A stretch of DNA of 63,110 nt, counting the filler, from Lenisia limosa (taxonomy: Eukaryota > Protista > Breviatea): assembly GCA_001655205.1 (NCBI GenBank). It is 14 parts of 14 records of this genome, joined end to end, with 100 filler letters (N's around TTAATTAATTAA, not from the genome) between each part and the next. Parts side by side here need not be neighbours in the genome. Positions count along the whole stretch, not along the records: positions 34,955 to 37,652 come from LPNZ01010308.1; positions 37,753 to 41,962 come from LPNZ01008444.1; positions 42,063 to 47,266 come from LPNZ01001203.1; positions 47,367 to 53,838 come from LPNZ01007501.1; 10 more parts are not named here. One strand, written 5' to 3'. Made by a program: the position numbers and the translations under genes. The number at the start of each line of letters is the position of its first letter. Within the stretch, counting starts at the first letter, position 1. This document shows positions 36,221 through 47,575 of this stretch, one piece after another. A model generated the notes under the pieces. The model was not told the origin of the DNA, searched no databases, and was given only the letters and a program-made list of their open reading frames with translations.

Positions 36221-37540
36221 ATGGAGTTATCGTATGTTAATGACTTCCTGGCCCGAAATCTCCCCCAAAACCTTACTCCCGACCACGTACTTCTCTCATT
36301 CGCCTTCCTTGGCTGTATCTATATTGGGTTAGTTGCCGTTTTCATCCATCACAGCTGGGGTCGGTGTTACCGGACCCATCTTGTCAGATCTGTATACTTC
36401 ACTTTTTTGACTCTACAGATATGTTGTTTCTTCCTTCATCTTTCAAAGCCCACCACCCCCATCAAATAATGACGAAATTACTGCAGAATCAAAGTGTAAG
36501 CAAACATTATATCATGACCAACTGAACACTTCTCTGTTCTTTTCATTCCCAATATATTTCCGTCTAATTCGTTTTCGAAGATCACCCTTCATGTATTGAA
36601 TCATTAACATTTTAAAATGTGATATAAATATTTTGTTTTGTTACCCATATGCTGGGAATATGACACCCCCTCCCTCCTTGCTGAATATTTTCAATGTACT
36701 ATGTTCTTTTAGAATTAAATTTTCCTTCCGCTCTGCCTTTCTATCGTATTTGAGATAAATGCGTACATGTACCTGGCCATGCTAACTCTTCAATTCTATT
36801 CTGAAGGGCAATTTGGTCATGTCGGTCAATCACTCCCCCCATACGCTGGAGTGGTGGGATGCATGCTGCGACTGGCCTGGGCTTTATTTGTTTTGTTGTA
36901 ATCAACCCTCGTGTCTTGTCAACCAATAGAGTTGATTTTGGGCTTTTTTTTTTTTTCAAAAGTTTTTCGATTTACCGTNNNNNNNNNNNNNNNNNNNNNN
37001 NNNNNNNNNNNNNNNNNNNNNNNNNNNNNNNNNNNNNNNNNNNNNNNNNNNNNNNNNNNNNNNNNNNNNNNNNNNNNNNNNNNNNNNNNNNNNNNNNNNN
37101 NNNNNNNNNNNNNNNNNNNNNNNNNNNNNNNNNNNNNNNNNNNNNNNNNNNNNNNNNNNNNNNNNNNNNNNNNNNNNNNNNNNNNNNNNNNNNNNNNNNN
37201 NNNNNNNNNNNNNNNNNNNAGTTATCAGAGCCTACATTAATCCGCTTCAGTCCTCACTTAATTAACAACTCAGACCCCAAAGGAGCCACAGTTCCGAAGG
37301 ATGCTCGAAAACCACGACAAGCTGGCCAAGATCTACGAAGCCGACAACAATCTCAGGGAGGCTGCCAAGGCTATGTTACGAGTGGGGGGAGGTTGCTTGC
37401 TTTGTTTAGAGTCTGCATATCCATATACCTTTTGGGAAGTTACCATATTAGGTAGTGTTGTTTTCTCTCTCCCTGGAAGGCGAGGTTGAAATCACAGCTA
37501 TGCGTCTCGACCATCTTGCGTCATTATACGCGCGGAGAGG
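36221..37540 (+). CDS. Hypothetical protein with an N-terminal transmembrane segment, fragment
   Basis: MELSYVNDFL...VLLSFAFLGCIYIGLVAVFI; later exons PKEPQFRRMLENHDKLAKIYEADNNLREAAKAMLR and ARLKSQLCVSTILRHY. Confidence 0.55.
36848..36977 (+). repeat. Near full-length intronic element
   Basis: acgctggagtggtgggatgc...gactggcctgggctttatttg...aaccctcgtgtc...agagttgattttgggc. Confidence 0.88.
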
Positions 37541-38323
37541 TGAGAGCCGCACTCCCTCCTTAACACACACATTATATAAATAAATATATATACACCTACG
37601 TACTAGGGTGAATTAATATTATACTATAATCCAATATCTCTTATAAGCGTGANNNNNNNNNNNNNNNNNNNNNNNNNNNNNNNNNNNNNNNNNNNNTTAA
37701 TTAATTAANNNNNNNNNNNNNNNNNNNNNNNNNNNNNNNNNNNNNNNNNNNNGAATGACTTTTCCAGTATTCTAAAAACTATTTCAAATTATCTTGACAT
37801 CGCCTTTATGGAAAACGAGAACCGAGTTTTGTTGAACCAGGGGTTAAAGGGGAAACATTTGCGTAAGCCAATTCCANNNNNNNNNNNNNNNNNNNNNNNN
37901 NNNNNNNNNNNNNNNNNNNNNNNNNNNNNNNNNNNNNNNNNNNNNNNNNNNNNNNNNNNNNNNNNNNNNNNNNNNNNNNNNNNNNNNNNNNNNNNNNNNN
38001 NNNNNNNNNNNNNNNNNNNNNNNNNNNNNNNNNNNNNNNNNNNNNNNNNNNNNGATAATTTTCTTCTCTTATTTAACAGCCATTTTTAAATAAAACTGGG
38101 CAATTTTTGGGATATATATCGCAATTATGATAAAATAAACGAAAAAAAAAAAAGTCTGATGTTCACGGTCAGGTTATGTTCACAGTCAGGTTAGTGTTCA
38201 CAGTCAGGTGACGTACCTTATATCTCTGGTTTAAGAGAATTCACTCTCTCATTTGTACATATCCAAAAAAAAATACATTAATAATGTTTGGGATTACAGG
38301 AAAGAAAAGCTTCTGCCACATAC

Positions 38324-41300
38324 CTTTCCATGTCCGAGTTTGGCAAGATGGTACACTACTGTTGCAGAGGTGACAGTCTTTCCGGTTCCTATAGAGTGAG
38401 GCAACAGGAAAACTGGAATGATAAGTACATTCGATAAATGTCAACAAGAGCAAGAGCTTTTGAAGAATCCCTTGGGTTCACCAGACTATCCTAATAAATA
38501 TGATATGTACACACCTGGGGGACCCTGGATGAGGCTGAAGTGACTTGTCAATACCTTCTTGATGGCTTCGATCTAAGGGATAAGAAGAAAGGGATAAAAA
38601 GGATCAAAAGGATCAAAGGGAGAGGACAATGCTGCTTCTTCACCTATTAACCAGAAGTGACAAATACTCTTAAATATCACTCTCAATAAAAGCGGTTGTG
38701 TTGGTGATGAATCTCGCTTTACCTGGGAGTGATTGAGAGGAGGCAATCCAGGGGCAGAATAGGAGGACGGAAGGGGGTTGTCGATTTTGTTGTTGTACTC
38801 CTAGAATGTCATATGGACTCTCGACTAATCATAAAAGGATGATGAAGACAAGAGATATCCTCACTAGGGCTTCACTTCGGTTCAACAAAAAGAAAAAGAC
38901 TGAATTTCTCTAAATCCGAAAAATTTACCGGTCTTTTACAAACCGAAGACAAGAGATATTATCACAGAACCAACCCCATACATTGGATACTTCTGATACA
39001 TAAAAACAGATTCAATGCCANNNNNNNNNNNNNNNNNNNNNNNNNNNNNNNNNNNNNNNNNNNNNNNNNNNNNNNNNNNNNNNNNNNNNNNNNNNNNNNN
39101 NNNNNNNNNNNNNNNNNNNNNNNNNNNNNNNNNNNNNNNNNNNNNNNNNNNNNNNNNNNCCAGGGCAAGGGCCTTCAGAGCAGCTTGCATGCTATTGATC
39201 AGCAAAAAATTCATGAAGGAATACTAAAAACAAAACTAATGGATCCGAAAGCACATAGATAAATGATATGATAGATATACATATTGAATCATATCATATA
39301 ATACATATTGCTAGATCGATATATATCATATATTAATACATATTGATATGATTCTGGGAGAGAAGAAACATTGAAAACTAAGAAAGAACTGCATAATATT
39401 GCAAGCGTAAAAGCAGCCCTTATTTTTACCCCCCCCCCCCACNNNNNNNNNNNNNNNNNNNNNNNNNNNNNNNNNNNNNNNNNNNNNNNNNNNNNNNNNN
39501 NNNNNNNNNNNNNNNNNNNNNNNNNNNNNNAGCCCTCCAAATGAACTCAAGGCTAAAGCCAGTTTCAGCATTTTGAGGGGGAACCTTGGCTCTGATCTCC
39601 ACTGCAACTTCTTCACCTAGCAGTATCAATGACGTGGGTAAAAGGTGAACGAATATCTATAACTATTTTAGCCTTAACATACCAGCGGTGGTTTTGATAA
39701 CGGTTCCAATAGCGTCCCATCTCTTGTAGGTGTCAACGGACTCATGCAGGAGACGAACTTCGTCACCAGGCATCAGGCGGATTTCTGATGGGTAATAGGG
39801 GATGGTTGCGAGTTTGCATGAAGAAATACTATTCTCCAACATAAGGATACTTACAATCCAAATAAGGCTGAGACTATATCTGTCCATTACCCATATTATA
39901 ACAGTAACAGTAACAAATCCCTTCACCTGCTTCCGCTTTAGGAAACACAAAGAAGGCCACGTAATGGTTGTGCATGTTCTTTTCCCACCGGATGGTCAGG
40001 TTTGTGCACGTCTATATGGGTAAAACAACGCAGATATCAATAGGCAGAAGCGCAGGGGAAATAATATCACGTGGAGAAACAAAAGAAGCAGCATGGTATT
40101 CTTTCATTGTTTCTTGAGAGCTGGTTTTCCTTTTGGAATAGATAACATCATACATAGTATATAGCAATGAGAAATAAAAAATAAGGTTGTGTCTGGCGGA
40201 AGCCGTCCACACCATCACGTTTATACGGGACACGGAATTCAGATTAATTGTACTCAGATATTGACGCCTACCATATTCTCCTTGAGCTTCTTGTCAAAGT
40301 CGGCTTCAAGCTGGACCAGGGGTGCATAGGTGTTTTGGTAGTCGTATCCATCAGCGTAGCGAAGTTTGATTGGGTCTGGGGGGGGGGGGGGGNNNNNNNN
40401 NNNNNNNNNNNNNNNNNNNNNNNNNNNNNNNNNNNNNNNNNNNNNNNNNNNNNNNNNNNNNNNNNNNNNNNNNNNNNNNNNATATGATATGAGGGAGGGG
40501 TAACAAAGGAGATGGGTCTTGGCGTAAGGTATATATTATCTAGTAATGGGCTCAGCTTTAGCATGATTAAGGTCCCTACTTGCCCAAAGTTTGTAAGTGA
40601 AACGATCTCATCATTTCTACCTACCAGCATAAGTTTCGTATTGGGGCTGATGTAGGTCTTCAATCGTAGCGTTCGGATCGTTCTTCCACATGTTTTCGAG
40701 CTGAAGGGTGAACTAGTTGGGGTGGGGAGGCGTATACTAATTAATTGCAACCAGTGATCTTAATGAGTTAATGATAAGAATATCTGACAGAATCCTCCTG
40801 CCCCATCACACAAGAGGAGACATTGGATTGCGGTATACAGCTGATCATTTCCACTCTTTGATTTCCACAATAATAATAAAACAAATGTAGCTATATGAGA
40901 GGAGAGCGAATTCTCATCAAACATCCCCCCAACTCTGGACATCATAGCTGCAGTCATATTGTGGGCAAAAGGCATGTCACGAGGGTCGGGTTGCGATGCA
41001 AGCCACTGCAACACATCAGGAACCAAAAAATAAATAAAATAAAATATCATGACTGGGAAGCAACCTGGTACTCTTATTCTTATTCAGCCTTCAACAAAGG
41101 AATATTAGGAAAGGTTTACAGAACAAAATTTGCAGTGAGCCCAGAAACTCACAGAAAGGAAGCTTTTTTCGTGAATGAGAGGGTGCCACTTCGTCAGGTC
41201 CCAGTTCATATCCTTGAGACTAGCGCTCTGTGAGCAGGGCTCTCTGTAAAAAAATGAGACTTGTTGTAAACATAATGATAAAAATAACAAAATCAAACAT

Positions 41301-41866
41301 AGAAAACAGTATAACTGGTCATTCTTATCCTCGCGATATGTTGTAAAAAGTAATGGTATATTTCTTTCTAAAGTTCCTTTTGATTATTTACATCTTCTCT
41401 CAATTATTTCAGTACACGGCACTGAAACGCCGGCCCAACCTGCAGAGAAGCACCACAACGGCATCCTGTTTAGCCGGCACAAAGCCCAGTGTGAACACGT
41501 TACGCGTGCCACAAAGGTAGCACTCCAGCACCGCATCACCAAGAGGGCTTGCAGGATGCAGCGATACCTGAGACGGTGATGTTAATGTTTGGACGGAAAA
41601 AGACGAAAACAATTCATTGTAAGCCCGCCCGCAAGTTGAGAAGTCCGCTTTATGTGATCGATATTGCCACATTGATCTCTCCATAAACGGTGTATTTAGT
41701 GTTGGTAAACGCTAGCATATTTTTTTGTCATTATGAATCATGTATTCTGGTTCTTTGTGGTCGGAAGAAATTGCCACCCACTTCACGATGTCTTGCGCGA
41801 ACAAGGTGGTTCACAATGTGGCTTGCGGAGTGGGTTCCCTTGCCATTGCAGAACCATTTGTCGCAG
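38324..41866 (-). CDS. UPF1: UPF1, N-terminal CH domain through helicase motif I
   Basis: [96 protein letters not shown]. Confidence 0.95.
38865..38948. mobile_element. hAT-type MITE, class A, right TIR truncated
   Basis: tagggcttcacttcggttc...aaaccgaag, bracketed by gaagacaagagatat direct repeats. Confidence 0.8.
40148..40220 (-). repeat. Second intronic repeat family copy in a UPF1 intron
   Basis: Minus strand gtgatggtgtggacggcttccgccagacacaaccttattttttatttctcattgctatat. Confidence 0.82.
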
Positions 41867-42159
41867 CTACAGAAGTGAGATTTCCATGTTTTTATTTGGG
41901 TAGGTAAAGTGACTAGCATCCATAGGCGAGGAGAGGGTGTGAAATACCGAGGGGGGGGGGGGNNNNNNNNNNNNNNNNNNNNNNNNNNNNNNNNNNNNNN
42001 NNNNNNTTAATTAATTAANNNNNNNNNNNNNNNNNNNNNNNNNNNNNNNNNNNNNNNNNNNNTAACAGAGTGAGAGGGTACAGTATAAGATAATCCGAGG
42101 GGGATTAATGAATAAGTGAAGGGACCGTACCAGCCCCACCCTATTAGACCGATTGGGAT

Positions 42160-42237
42160 TAGGGCTTCCCTGCGGCCGAAAAAGACCGTCAAAATATTGA
42201 GAGATTCGGTCTTTTTTGGGACCGTAGGGAAGCTCTA
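42160..42237. mobile_element. hAT-type MITE, class B, short
   Basis: Flanks attgggat / attaggat (7/8 TSD). Confidence 0.88.
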
Positions 42238-43495
42238 ATTAGGATGGTCTCCCCCCTGTACTCCTCAGTTCAACCCCAATAAAGCTCTACCACTTTAGCG
42301 CAACTGTACTATCACACCAGCTAATACACTTTGAGCACACTGTGGATGCTCCAAGACCCGTCATGGAGCTTTCCTTCTCCCTTCAAATACAATAACACCG
42401 CACCAACCTAATTAATTCTCGACCGTTCATTTTTCTTCTTAATCCGAATCAATTTGCCTTCATGTCTGACCCTCTAGTTATCTCGAAGAGTTGCCAAGCC
42501 GTTACACCCCACGAAATAGCTTGTTTTTGTTGAGTTTAGGCCTGTCTGAGTGTTGCAGGTGTTATTTAAGACTGTTCCTTTGAGTCAAATACAGTCATAT
42601 TCAAACAGAGAGTTTTCAGCCATATTATTTCTTGTTTATACTTACAGCTCTGGGAGGAGTACATACCTCAGCTATCATATCACTTGTTGGTTCGTTTTCA
42701 CACGTTAACATTTTCAATCACTGATTCACGGTATTAATGAGGATGGTTCAGTCGCTATTTTATTTTGCAAAATATTTGAAGCAATTTGTGCAGTTTTGAC
42801 AATACCCTTCGGGATAATTTCGTGGGTAGTTTTTCATATAAAATAGCTCGGATAGGAAAATTTTTAAATGACCATTTTCCCGACTCCCGAGGTTGTGGCC
42901 TTTAACTCATTTTTAAAATTTGCCGTTTCAAACGAAAAACTACTTGCGGGACTAACATTTCGGGAAAATATCGATAGTTGATTTATCGAGAAATTCAGTA
43001 TCCTTGAAGAGAGTTTTAATTGTGCTCTATTGACAAGAAATTTTAAATGAGATGAGATGCAACAAGCATGTTTGTTGCTTGAAGGGTTTGTTGTATCCAT
43101 AAAATATATACCCCTGTTGATTTTCTTTTGGGGTCTTCAAGACTTTACAACATTATACAGTTATACATCACCAGTGTATAACCTACATCTTTATGGGGAC
43201 CAAAAATAACACAAAAACTGTCAAAACGACTTGACTTACCATATCGGGCAAGTTCCCTCTTTTCACAAGATTTCCTTCAAAATCAACATTACAGTGACAG
43301 AGAATCATTCTTAAGTCATATATTTAGTATTATAATACTATATTGATATTGTTATAGTGATTATAATCCACTAATTCAATTATTGCAAAATCCGTGAGAC
43401 TTTCCTCTATTGAAGATTCATATTTCTGGAAGTTTCATTTTCGCCCTTTCTTCCAACCCTCCTCAACTACTAGCCATCTCTCTGAAGTTAATACG

Positions 43496-46400
43496 ATGAT
43501 ACCTTCCAAGTTTTGGGTGTTTCTCTTGTTCATCGTGCCTGCAGTTTTTGGTAAGTTTGACTAAACCATATTTTCATTAGTATTATGTATTGCATTCGTC
43601 TCATTCCTCTGCAAAAGGTTTCATGCCATTTTTTATTTGTAATACATTTTACTGTTATTGTTCTTATCGTTTCCCAAATTTGTTTGGTCCTAGAATAACA
43701 TTTTAGCACAATGCAAGATTGTTGTAGAAGATGGTGTCAAGACATGTCAAGGTGATGGGAGAATTACTTACCAATTAATTTTCGAATCAAAAGACAACGT
43801 TATAACATCTTTCCAAACATGAATAGAATTACATTATCAACAAAGAAAGTGAAACAACACACACGGCGCATGGACTTGAATTCCTTTATATGATATAGGA
43901 GTCCCATTAATTCAAATTTCCATAAAACTCCATGGGATTCCCATTTTAAATAGTGGAATTCCAAATTGTTCACAAGAATCCTAAGTCGATGCGCCGTAGT
44001 GCAGAGCTAATTTCATCAGGCCCATGCAGAGTTTCTAATCAGAAGTGTCTGCCAACCTTTGGCCGCACTGGCGATATCATAGAATGCAAATGTGCTGACC
44101 CGGTAAGATAATTTTCATCACTCTTGAACTTGACAATTTCAATTTTACATTCAGGGTTTTGCGGTATGTTTATTCGAGCTTCACTTTCAGTTCCAAATGA
44201 ATCCTCGATAAATCTCCGATACAAATCTATAATTTACATGTCTTTTGGAACCGAAAGTGAAGCTCTAGTTTATTCCCTAATATGATGTGTTGGTTGTTCA
44301 ATTCCATTTTGCCAATATTCACTCAAGTTCCATTATATTATCTCGGGTGGTGAACTTATTGAATGTATCAGTTCAATAAATTATAAATAGTTAGGGATTC
44401 ACTTCGTTCGAAAAAGACAGAATTTACGATAAATCTTCGAAAACTATCGATATTGTACGGTCTTTTTCGAAACATTGTGAAGCCCTACAAGTGGTATTTT
44501 CCTACGGTTTGAAATATATTTTCTTTCGCTACTAATCGAGGATTTATTGAGAAATTTTGTCTTTTGTGGGACCGTAAGGAAGCCTATATAATAGACATCA
44601 TAAAATACGTAGGGCGTGGACTGCTACCCAGACTGGGGTAAAACCACTGGCTGGTCCTGCAAGGGAGACTGTGACAGCGCCAATTTGGATTGTGAACCTG
44701 CTTTCGGACAATACACTGATGCAAATGGACAGGTTTGTCCCGTTTTGCACAATCAAAATTCATAGATTTTAAAGTTGAAATGGAAAAAATATATTGTCTT
44801 ATTCGGTCCAAATATATTTAAACTGGTATTGTGATCAAGAGTTAATATTGTTGTACTATTAATGTTCAAATAATGCATGAAAACCCTTTGTAATTACAAG
44901 ACAAATATATATCGATATACATATACTTTCAGCTGCCTACATTTTAGGTTCTTTCCTTCTTCAAGGGGTGCGAGTGCACAGACGCGCAATGCAGAATGAC
45001 CGAGGCTGATAATGGTCAATTATTCTGCACAGGACGCTGTCCAATGAGTCTGCATCTTTGGTATCCATGTATTCTCGTTTTATTCCAATATCATAAGAGG
45101 AGTACAAGTCTTTATCTAGATACTACCTTTTTCTCTCCTCTCAATATGATATGATATCTTTCTTCTAGGCTTCCATGAAATAAATTGAATATTCATTTCA
45201 AAATTTTACGGTAGGACTTAATTTATATTAATGTCAATTATTTTCTTCAAAAAATTAATTGCACGGAGCCTTACTTTCTTCTTTGGATGTTTGTTACAAT
45301 TGTTGTTGACTTTGGCTTCAACTGTGTTCGAGTTTTGGTCCATGTTGTCAGTAGCTTTTTGAGATAAGTTTATTTTGAAATACCTTTGACAGTTTTCCTG
45401 AATTACATTGTTCGAATTTCGTGAGAGGAAGGTGACAAAAAGAATATGTATCTTATATCATTTGTTCACATGAGAGTAAATGATTCATGAACGCTGCCCC
45501 ATGTTGCAATTACATTTTCAGCCAGCCCCACCAACCCACTATTCTGCGAGCCCATTTTCTTAGAAGGTCAACTAAAGGAATGCAAATGCCAAGGAGGTAG
45601 GGGAATTGGTTGATTTTTGGAGCAATCAGAATAGTTTCAATACAGCTTCAGTGATACTGATAATGATAGTGGTTTTGTATGTCTTTAAATTGTACTGCTT
45701 TCCGAAATGGGCATGATTGGAATATTCTCGCAATAAACGAGATTCGTGTAGTGTGGATTGGGTAGAATCTAAAAGTCAATCGATAATTGTTGGTATATAA
45801 AGGAACGCAGAAGAAGGATTGTTGATTAACAATTGAATTGATAATCCAACTAAATTTAGGCACGTGCTTTGCCCATTATTCTCCCCAGCCGACTGGATGG
45901 CATTGCGACTTGCCGGACTGCCCTGAACCAGTGAGTGTATTTGAAAATTGTATTATGAATTGTGCTTTGATAACCACAGAAACACAGATTATTTGTCATA
46001 AAAACACTTATTCTTCCATTACCTTGACATTTTTTACATTGATGCAGAATCAAAATTGTACTGCGTTGTACTATGTGAAGGAAGGCAAAAAGTTCTTCAA
46101 TGGCTGCGACTGCATTGACAAGCCCGATCGTATTCTAATTGATTCATATAACTATGGATTTCCATATGCACAAAAATAGACCAAAACTATCGATATTGAT
46201 ATTTATTTTGTACTTCAGGCTTTACAAGCCATATATGGTGGAATATTATGACCTCCACCATATCATATATCTCCCTTTGCTCATATATTTATCCCCCTTC
46301 GTGTAACCATTCTATTTAAAACTAATAAATATTTCAAAACTGATATTTTAGCGTATTGCAAAATTGTTCAAGAAGGAAGTGTCAAGACATGTCAAGGTTG

Positions 46401-47250
46401 GTATTGCAAACAACTTCACTTTTCAAAATTTCCCAAATTACATTACCCTTACATTCGCGCTTATTGTCAACCCTAGTGTTGATTTTGGGGTCCTTTTTTA
46501 CAATTTCTAATATGCTATCTCTACATCCCGTGAAGATTATCCAAACAGTATTTCAACTCATTTTGTGCGTGTAAGGTCCCTATGACTTTACTCTCTCCTA
46601 TTTTTCATTCCATTAGGTGCCTGCAAGGGTGATGGCCAGAAGTGTTTACCATCATTTGACAACACTGGCGATCTCAAGGAGTGCAAATGCGCTGACCCTG
46701 TAAGTTGATGGTTTTAAGACAATTTAATAAGCACCCAGTAGTTTGAATAATACGTAGCGTATCGAATTTAGATTTGCATATAATATAGGAATCCCAAATG
46801 TCCCAGTTTTCCATAGAATTACACTTCGGTTCTAAAAAGACTGATTCTCACGATTAATCCAAAAAAATTATCGATATTCTATCGGTATTTTTCAACCGAA
46901 GTGAAGCCCAAGTGTTATGGTTTAATGTAGAAATGAATGGTCTTATTTAAGATAGTCACCAAAACACCCCAAAATTGAAGAGTGAAATTAAATCTTATCA
47001 CAAAGTGCAATTGTCCATTTAATAGAAGTACAACTGGATGAGGACAGTTACCCTACTTGGGGGTGTAATAATTTGGTTTACGTGTACCTGATCCATGATG
47101 TGATTGATATAACATTAATGAATACAGGTTGTGGACTGCTACCCCTCGTGGGGAGGTAGAAGCATCGGGTGGAGGTGCAACGGTGATTGTGACAGTGCCA
47201 ATTTGGATTGCGAAGCTGCTTTTGGAGAGTACACCGATCCAAATGGACAG
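43496..47250 (+). CDS. Secreted protein built of tandem 6-Cys modules, truncated
   Basis: Signal exon MIPSKFWVFLLFIVPAVF, then short exons giving at least six C-x9..11-CxxxC-x5..9-C-x12..20-CxC modules; modules 5-6 duplicate modules 1-2 with the same intron positions. Confidence 0.85.
44176..44267. mobile_element. hAT-type MITE, TIR class C (TAGAGCTTCACTTTC)
   Basis: Perfect 8-bp flanking repeat gtttattc; left TIR lacks the terminal TA. Confidence 0.85.
44392..44586. mobile_element. Two adjacent hAT-type MITEs (class A 44392-44487, degenerate class B ~44495-44586)
   Basis: tagggattcacttcg...tgaagcccta, then ttcctacgg...gggaccgtaaggaagccta. Confidence 0.78.
46815..46911. mobile_element. hAT-type MITE, class A, left end eroded
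   Basis: cacttcggttctaaaaagactg...aaccgaagtgaagccc. Confidence 0.75.
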
Positions 47251-47386
47251 GTATTTTATGATGACGNNNNNNNNNNNNNNNNNNNNNNNNNNNNNNNNNN
47301 NNNNNNNNNNTTAATTAATTAANNNNNNNNNNNNNNNNNNNNNNNNNNNNNNNNNNNNNNNNNNNNTTCTTTGTAAGCTGTATATA

Positions 47387-47447
47387 CAGTGACCGGGATA
47401 AGTCTTGACCGATTTTCCTTGGGAAATCACATACAAAAAAAATTGGT
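47387..47447. mobile_element. Tc1/mariner-type MITE, right end eroded
   Basis: TA-cagtgaccgggataagtcttgaccgattttccttgggaaatc. Confidence 0.8.
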
Positions 47448-47575
47448 GCTTGTTTTGAAACTGCACTTCAATAATTACAGTATAACAGTCATATCTCTTC
47501 TAAACGTGACGGTGTGGATATCCCCTTGTTTTATGACCATATATATTCCCCCAAGCTATTTGACCGACCCCCCAG

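Noticed and set aside
36848-36977. The ~150-bp element as a tRNA-derived SINE or C/D snoRNA
   Set aside because: Only a weak A-box or C-box-like gtgatg(a/g); no convincing B box, D box, poly-A tail or TSD, and copies are heavily rearranged. Kept only as an alternative.
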